This document shows, piece by piece, positions 12,401 to 17,668 of a DNA stretch of 17,668 nucleotides (its first letter is position 1; the number at the start of each line of letters is the position of its first letter). The stretch lies in IMG/VR virus record IMGVR_UViG_3300025450_000021, positions 1 to 17,668 of that record. One strand, given 5' to 3'. Source of the DNA: a virus (lineage: Duplodnaviria > Heunggongvirae > Uroviricota > Caudoviricetes). Position numbers and translations under genes: made by a program. The notes below the pieces were generated by a model that was given only the letters and a program-made list of their open reading frames with translations, made no database searches and had not been told where the DNA came from.

Positions 12401-15067
12401 TTAAAACTCAAATAAACTATTAAAAGTATTTTTTTCTTCGGTACTATTTAGGTCCCACTTTAGTACACCAATTAAATTATCTAACTTATTGTCGATAATT
12501 GTTGCCTCCATTTCAGCATGATCAAAAGGTAAATCTTTGAACCACTGTGGTAATCTCAGTTCATCTACTGGATAAGCAACCGATGTATAACCTAACGGAT
12601 TAGGTTTAAGTTTACAAACAATAACCTTAGCACCGTCTGTAATAGCCATGCTATACTTGTCGTCATACATACGTTTTAATGTATTCCAATTGATACTAGC
12701 ACGGACATGCCCTGGCATATTGGTCTTACCTTGTTTCTTTTCTTTAGCACCATAATCAGTAATATTATTAGCACGTTTGGGACTACCTTTTTCCCATCCT
12801 GGACGAGCTTTGAAACGAATACGGAATTCACTAATATGATCCAGAACTTCTTGTTCAGGTTTACCCATCAATACCATTTCAAGAACATCGCTTAAGAAGT
12901 CTTGAATAAATTCTGGAGTATCACTACGTTTCAGATCCAACCCCATGGCTTTAATCTTTCCTGCTTTGCCATCTATGTCTGCACGTTTACCTTCTTTATC
13001 ATAGTAAAGAACAGCATAGCGTTTCTTAGTAATAAAAAGGGCTTTACTGCCAACAATTTCACGACCGGCACGAATAACTTCTCCACGAGTCTTTGGACAA
13101 TGAAAAGTATCTAACATAAATTGTGGAAATGTTTGATTAACTTCTTCCCCAATTTGATCGTATAATGAAATTACATTCTCTTTACTCCAAGGAATCAATC
13201 CCGCTTCGATGTCCTTCTGTAAAGTGCGATAAGCACTAAAATAACAACTATCAGTGTCACCATATATAATTGCCTTTCCTCTGTAATCATATTCGCCTGT
13301 GATAATCTCGTTTACTTTGGCCGCCATATGCCGGACAATCTGACGTCCTGTGAGTGTGGTCGATTGTCCAATTCGTTTATCAAAGAATCTACAACCGCTA
13401 TTAAGAATAGCGCCATACAGACTGTTAAGATTAATCTTCTTAACAAGTTGTCGTTTGTCCCAGTATTCTTCTTCAACTTTGTTTCCAGCTTTAATTGCAT
13501 CTTTTAATTTGGCCTGCATTTCCTTGCGTTCTGCATACCACCTTTTCAATAGCCCTGGAATTATACCTTCAATTTCATAGGTGAAGATAGTACCATTTGC
13601 CGAAAGCATCCAAGGCTGATTGCTTTCGTAAATTAATCTATATACTTCTGCCGCACTTAATACATCAACGTCGCCATTTTCCCAGTCAATTGTAATATCA
13701 GTACCAATTTCTTGATTCATTACAGCTTCGTATTCATCACTACCAAATTTACCTTCCCAACTAGCCGCAAATGATTTGCCTTTGGCCATTTGAAGTTCAA
13801 TGTATTCTTCTGTTTTAGTTTGACGTAGTTGACCAATAATAGTTTCCGGTCCCATATTTAATGCACGAATAGCACTTGGATAAAGACTGTTAATGTCTAA
13901 TGATCCAACCCAGTCCACAATACCTTCTTTAGGAACAGCAACATAAGCACCGGCAGCCGCAGTATCCTCACGTTCACTCATTTTTGTTCGATTAGGAACT
14001 TGCATACCTCTACGATGTGCTTCGTTAATAATAGCTTGTTCAGTTACAGCCACGGCACCCATTGTAGTTTGTAGCAATACTGTATTTTCATGTGCCAGTG
14101 TATTGGCTAAATCCATGAATTTTAATTTTTTATCTAAATCGTCAAGAAGTTTACAGTCATTGATGTTGTATTCAACGAATGTTTTAAAATCATTGTTGTA
14201 TAATTGATCTAGTGTACCTTCATATTGTGTTTTACGTTTGCCTAGCTCATATTCTGCAATCGCATCAAGTCTATAACTGTGGCGTTCTTCATACGTATAC
14301 TTGCGGTACAATTCGAGATAGTCTAAATGAACGCGACCAATATAGTCATAGGTTACACTATTTCGACCAAACTTTTCATATTCTCTACGTTTTGGAAATT
14401 GATCAAACAAACAAAAACGTCTTGTGTCTTCTTTACTCAATACTTTTGTCACGCGATTAGTTGTGTAAGGAATATCAAATCCTTCTGAGTTCCAACCGCT
14501 AATAACATCAGCATCTTTAATTAGATCCAAAAACATATCCAACAAATCTGCTTCGTTATCAAACAAGTATGTATTAGGAAAGTCTTTGACCATTTCTTTA
14601 GCTTCTTCCATCTCAAGACCCTTAGGAGGAATAGCCATACATACCATAGTTTCTAACCATTGTAGGTAGACAGCAATCGCAGTAATTGGCATGAATGCAT
14701 CGTCTGGACTTGCATAACCACGTTCTGGATCAAAGTCTACCTCAATATCAAAAAATGCTACATTTAACTTTGGAGCATCTTGATTAATATAGTGTTCGCT
14801 TAGTGTAACAAAGATTGGATTAATGTCTGCTTCGTACATTTCCTTGCCACTATTGATGGCTTGTTCTTTGCGTAGTTCTTTTGTGTTTTTACAAATGATA
14901 CGAGTGAGTTGCTCACCGTAAATTGAAGTATGTTTACCCTTAGGGTCTTTAACATAAAATGTATGGCGTACAGGAATATCTCTAAATACTCTTTTGCCAT
15001 CTTTATTTCGCTCAACGATTTTTATAATATCGTTCTCGCGGTCAAACCATGCGTCTACATAAGACAT
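12401..15067 (-). CDS. polB: Family B DNA polymerase with 3'-5' exonuclease (gp43-like)
   Basis: ExoI FFDIEVDF, ExoII GWNSEGFDIPY, ExoIII YNINDC, motif A SLDINSLYPS, motif B KINLNSLYG and motif C YGDTDS. 888 aa with no intein apparent. Confidence 0.98.
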   Translation of the reverse strand: MSYVDAWFDRENDIIKIVERNKDGKRVFRDIPVRHTFYVKDPKGKHTSIYGEQLTRIICKNTKELRKEQAINSGKEMYEADINPIFVTLSEHYINQDAPKLNVAFFDIEVDFDPERGYASPDDAFMPITAIAVYLQWLETMVCMAIPPKGLEMEEAKEMVKDFPNTYLFDNEADLLDMFLDLIKDADVISGWNSEGFDIPYTTNRVTKVLSKEDTRRFCLFDQFPKRREYEKFGRNSVTYDYIGRVHLDYLELYRKYTYEERHSYRLDAIAEYELGKRKTQYEGTLDQLYNNDFKTFVEYNINDCKLLDDLDKKLKFMDLANTLAHENTVLLQTTMGAVAVTEQAIINEAHRRGMQVPNRTKMSEREDTAAAGAYVAVPKEGIVDWVGSLDINSLYPSAIRALNMGPETIIGQLRQTKTEEYIELQMAKGKSFAASWEGKFGSDEYEAVMNQEIGTDITIDWENGDVDVLSAAEVYRLIYESNQPWMLSANGTIFTYEIEGIIPGLLKRWYAERKEMQAKLKDAIKAGNKVEEEYWDKRQLVKKINLNSLYGAILNSGCRFFDKRIGQSTTLTGRQIVRHMAAKVNEIITGEYDYRGKAIIYGDTDSCYFSAYRTLQKDIEAGLIPWSKENVISLYDQIGEEVNQTFPQFMLDTFHCPKTRGEVIRAGREIVGSKALFITKKRYAVLYYDKEGKRADIDGKAGKIKAMGLDLKRSDTPEFIQDFLSDVLEMVLMGKPEQEVLDHISEFRIRFKARPGWEKGSPKRANNITDYGAKEKKQGKTNMPGHVRASINWNTLKRMYDDKYSMAITDGAKVIVCKLKPNPLGYTSVAYPVDELRLPQWFKDLPFDHAEMEATIIDNKLDNLIGVLKWDLNSTEEKNTFNSLFEF

Positions 15068-15082
15068 AAATTTTTTTCTCCA

Positions 15083-15128
15083 TGCAATTTAAGGCTTGCA
15101 AATACCCATGTGCGATTTGTTGGCTCGC
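15083..15128 (-). promoter_or_regulatory. Two small hairpins in the polB leader; candidate translational operator
   Basis: On the mRNA strand: GCGA-N9-TCGC (15128-15112), then TGCAA-GCCTTAAA-TTGCA (15100-15083), ending 1 nt before the GGAG SD (15081-15078). Confidence 0.4.
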
Positions 15129-15135
15129 TGGACCT

Positions 15136-15657
15136 TTATCTTGTGTTGAAAGCAATAACAGTTTTTGTCTGTTCACTTTTATTTGGTTTACTACAATGTA
15201 GCACTGACCCTGGAAAAGTTAATATATCGCCTTCGGTTACTTCTACTTCGAATTCTTCGTCAATAAATTTAAAAGTTGTTTTACTTGAGCCTTCTGGTAA
15301 ATCTAAATAGTATACATTCGAATATAGACAATTAGCATGACTATGCCAACTGTGATAATCTCCTGTACGATATTGTTGAAACCAATAATCGATACAATCA
15401 ATATTAAATGGTAATTTTAACATATTTTTAACTTGTCTACAATGCTCTTTGAGCAACGGACTCATTATATTAAAATATGTCGAATTTAATGATTGACCCC
15501 AGTCAGTATTTGAAATACGTTGTGGAATCAATCCATTCTCTTCAATAATACTATGTTCACCTAACTTACTAATTGATTCAAGCAAGTGTTCTTTAATTAG
15601 TTCGTGCTGATCTAGTTTAGTAATTAAAAATGCACTGGGCTGTTGTACTACTCGCAT
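15136..15657 (-). CDS. 2OG-Fe(II) oxygenase (HxH-type, TIGR02466-like)
   Basis: WFQQY..GDYHSWHSH..CLYSNVYYL, EGDILTFPGSVLH (distal His) and KTVIAFN. Confidence 0.82.
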   Translation of the reverse strand: MRVVQQPSAFLITKLDQHELIKEHLLESISKLGEHSIIEENGLIPQRISNTDWGQSLNSTYFNIMSPLLKEHCRQVKNMLKLPFNIDCIDYWFQQYRTGDYHSWHSHANCLYSNVYYLDLPEGSSKTTFKFIDEEFEVEVTEGDILTFPGSVLHCSKPNKSEQTKTVIAFNTR

Positions 15658-15659
15658 AT

Positions 15660-15917
15660 TTAAATACGTTTTGTAATATCCAAAATTGCTTCAATTTCTT
15701 CCCAGTCTTCGTTATATTGTTGCCAATCGCCTTTATGAGCAATCTTGATAGCCTTGTTAATAACGCTAGGTTTAATTTGTAATTCTTCGGCAACTGCTTT
15801 AACAGTTTCTTTTAAGCCTTCTTGCAAATCTTCTACTTCACGTAATACAGTAGAACCCTCGCTAATTAGTCGTTCTAATTTTGCTTTTTCTTCTGCGCCA
15901 TAATTTCTGCCTGCCAT
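15660..15917 (-). CDS. Small DNA-binding protein, T4 DsbA / GapR(DUF2312)-like
   Basis: 85 aa, helical. KLERLISE...EVEDLQEGLKETVKAVAEELQIKPSVINKAIKIAH fits the DsbA/GapR pattern. Strong AAGGAG SD. Confidence 0.6.
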   Translation of the reverse strand: MAGRNYGAEEKAKLERLISEGSTVLREVEDLQEGLKETVKAVAEELQIKPSVINKAIKIAHKGDWQQYNEDWEEIEAILDITKRI

Positions 15918-15937
15918 AGTTCTCTCCTTATATGCCT

Positions 15938-15966
15938 ATTATAAAGTATTTATTGCTTAAGAGCAA
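15938..15966 (-). promoter_or_regulatory. Sigma70-type promoter (TTGCTC-N17-TATAAT) with overlapping palindrome and embedded ATAAATA
   Basis: TTGCTC (15966-15961), a 17-nt spacer and TATAAT (15943-15938). Inverted repeat TTGCT-N4-AGCAA at 15953-15966. ATAAATA at 15953-15947. Confidence 0.7.
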
Positions 15967-15974
15967 CACTTTTT

Positions 15975-16574
15975 TTATTTAAATTTTGGTCCGGTTAACC
16001 AAATAACTAAACTTTTTCTAATACCCTTTGTAACGGGTGTAACACGATGCATCATAAAACTTGGAAATAAAATCAAAGCACCTTTACGCATTTTTGGTCT
16101 TTCGGTTCTATTATCCCCACATGTATTAAATTCAAAATCTCCGCCTTCAAAATCGACTCCAGGTTCGTTTAATAATAATGTCATGGACAATTTTCTATTT
16201 TCATGCCAATCTTTCATCATTTCACCTAACGCCATGTCTATGTGAAAATCATATCTTCCATCTTTATCAGCTTCATAAGTTGAATATTGTATGAACTCGT
16301 AACCGTTTATGTCAAAATTGAAATATTTTTCATTCATATAATCCAGTGCATCGTTGAATCTTTCAAAGATCCAATAGTTATCTTTGTTAGGATGCATAAA
16401 ATTTATATCACTCTTTCTTACGTTTCCTCGATCTATTCCTGGCATTAATCCTAATTTGGAAGTATGCTCTATAATTTGATCTAATTCTTTTAGCGTAAAA
16501 ACAGTATCGTCCAACGCATAGGTTGGGAAATAGCGTAAACGTTGATATGTGTTATTGGAGATTTTCTTGTACAT
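15975..16574 (-). CDS. 2OG-Fe(II) oxygenase (PKHD/prolyl-hydroxylase-like, HxD-type)
   Basis: YDFHIDM (HxD), RKLSMTLLLN, FEGGDFEF, KGALILFPSFMMHRVTPVTKG.RKSLV.W. Confidence 0.92.
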   Translation of the reverse strand: MYKKISNNTYQRLRYFPTYALDDTVFTLKELDQIIEHTSKLGLMPGIDRGNVRKSDINFMHPNKDNYWIFERFNDALDYMNEKYFNFDINGYEFIQYSTYEADKDGRYDFHIDMALGEMMKDWHENRKLSMTLLLNEPGVDFEGGDFEFNTCGDNRTERPKMRKGALILFPSFMMHRVTPVTKGIRKSLVIWLTGPKFK

Positions 16575-16594
16575 ACACTAATTATCAGTGTATG
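16572..16594 (-). repeat. Perfect 8-bp inverted repeat covering the oxygenase start codon
   Basis: CATACACT-GATAATT-AGTGTATG on the minus strand; the terminal ATG is the start codon at 16574. Confidence 0.7.
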
Positions 16595-16606
16595 AAAGAG
16601 ACTAGA

Positions 16607-17668
16607 TTATTTTCTGATTTCTTTTAAACCATGCTGTGCGTATAGATGATGTAGTTCTTCATCGCTTGCAAGTTCTAAATGACTTAAATCGTAACCGCCT
16701 TTTTTGCTCAATCGGCGCATCATACGATAACGTTTGGTTGGATGTAGTTTTGACTGAGCGTCTTCTAAATTAAGATGTCCGCCGCTTGGTGTAGCATCTT
16801 TTGCATCCATTACTCCTGGAGTTGCTCCCATAGGATCGAACCCTATTCTGTGATCTGAATTTTGATCTTCTTTAACTTTCTTCTTATGCTTCATAGCATT
16901 GCTTAGTTTTTTAGTACCTGTATCGGCTTTATTAAACTCTTTAGCAACACTAGATTTAATACCTAATTTTTTAGCAAACTCTGGATTATGTGCGGCAGCG
17001 GCCATAGTACGTGCTTGTTTTTCTGTAGTACTTTTTTCACTAATAACACTTTCGTTTGGTACACAGTTATTAACACGAACACCGCCTTTAATCTTGGTGC
17101 CTTCTTTGTGTTTGCCTGTCCAGCATTTAGCATCTAATCGTTGTTTAACTTCTGCTACATCCTGCTTTTTAGAACTAGCGGATTCTTTCATTAAAACACG
17201 TTCGGCAATATGGCTAGCGTACTGACGCATTAGTTGTTTCTTTTCTGTAACAGCTTCTAAATGTTGGTCTTCAACTTCTTTAAAATAAGATTTAAGAACA
17301 GTTGGTTTTGAAATAACAGTTTCTTTCGGTGCTTGATAGTGTTGCATCGCCATTTGTACCGGCAATGACACTTTATGAGGATTGGCACCTTCGTTTAAAA
17401 CTGTGTTATTGTTAACTTCTTCTTTTAAAATTTTGACATCATTTTTGTCAATGATAGATAAAAATTTGTTTATACTTTCATCTGTACTTGTTGGAAAATA
17501 TTTCTTTGCAATATCAGGATGACGACTTATAGCGGCCTTAGTATATTTTCCCATTACTCCATCGACTCCATCATGATTTGGTCCAAATGGACCTAGTTTT
17601 CCGCGTTCTCCCGCGGATATTAATTCTTTTTGTAACTGCATGATCTTAGGATCTGCCGGAGCAGTAGT
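16607..17668 (-). CDS. Modular charged protein with an N-terminal peptidoglycan-binding-like motif; possibly virion-associated; 5'-truncated by the window edge
   Basis: The frame stays open from 17641 to the edge (TTAPADPKIMQLQ...). LQKELISAG...GVDGVMGKYTKAAI matches the PGBD pattern (LQ..L...G...vDG.fG..T..Av). Short modules follow (CWTG...NCVP; QARTMAAAAHNPEFAKKLGI). Confidence 0.75.
   Translation of the reverse strand, partial: TTAPADPKIMQLQKELISAGERGKLGPFGPNHDGVDGVMGKYTKAAISRHPDIAKKYFPTSTDESINKFLSIIDKNDVKILKEEVNNNTVLNEGANPHKVSLPVQMAMQHYQAPKETVISKPTVLKSYFKEVEDQHLEAVTEKKQLMRQYASHIAERVLMKESASSKKQDVAEVKQRLDAKCWTGKHKEGTKIKGGVRVNNCVPNESVISEKSTTEKQARTMAAAAHNPEFAKKLGIKSSVAKEFNKADTGTKKLSNAMKHKKKVKEDQNSDHRIGFDPMGATPGVMDAKDATPSGGHLNLEDAQSKLHPTKRYRMMRRLSKKGGYDLSHLELASDEELHHLYAQHGLKEIRK

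Noticed and set aside
1622-12411. Long N-terminal extensions given by the ORF track (for example starts at 1888, 2037, 2492, 2761, 7709, 8870, 10545, 11595, 12411)
   Set aside because: They produce implausibly long overlaps, whereas downstream ATGs have SD motifs or ATGA coupling.
603-15015. Nested alternative-frame minus-strand ORFs (603..890, 1332..1538, 2081..2263, 4718..4972, 13312..13500, 14800..15015)
   Set aside because: They sit inside or across better-supported genes with clear family motifs, and have no SD or protein-like features.
12401-15067. Intein or intron in the polymerase; stop-codon reassignment
   Set aside because: The polymerase is a continuous 888-aa ORF of normal size. 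Genes are intact in the standard code and TAG is used as a stop (11623-11625).
15650-15665. TAAATA immediately before the HxH oxygenase ATG as a late promoter
   Set aside because: The motif is formed by the upstream stop codon in AT-rich sequence and is too close to the ATG to distinguish from chance.
230-17225. Other plus-strand ORFs in the track (for example 628..921, 848..1096, 3062..3298, 8115..8414, 14930..15310, 16899..17225)
   Set aside because: All are antisense to well-supported minus-strand genes and have no independent coding signals.
1-17668. tRNA, rRNA, CRISPR array or IS element
   Set aside because: Intergenic gaps are under 70 nt, and no cloverleaf, repeat-spacer array or transposase motif was seen.

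Overview
This window is a gene-dense, AT-rich segment of a large lytic dsDNA phage (T4-superfamily or jumbo-phage-like, host not determinable), and every credible gene is on the minus strand. In transcription order (right to left) it holds a modular protein with a peptidoglycan-binding-like motif (truncated at the window edge), two 2OG-Fe(II) oxygenases flanking a DsbA/GapR-like small DNA-binding protein, a family B DNA polymerase, a short UDP-glucose-dehydrogenase-like protein and a sliding clamp. A nearly gapless, translationally coupled run follows: a 4-TM membrane protein, a TGT-fold guanine transglycosylase (DpdA-like), a BPSL0761-like protein, a Gfo/Idh/MocA oxidoreductase, a Zn-dependent MDR dehydrogenase, a 179-aa unknown, an AT-rich PD-(D/E)xK nuclease, a QueD-like T-fold protein with an LxxxHRHxF motif (DpdL-like), a GT-B glycosyltransferase, a cupin, a purine-type phosphoribosyltransferase, several small proteins and GTP cyclohydrolase I (FolE). 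The main signal is a 7-deazaguanine DNA-modification core interleaved with a full sugar-activation, redox and transfer arm, a purine salvage enzyme and a restriction-like nuclease. This suggests a possibly undescribed glycosylated guanine hypermodification system. All assignments come from motif reading by eye; no searches were run. Many starts were moved downstream of the ORF-track starts using Shine-Dalgarno (SD) motifs and stop/start overlaps.
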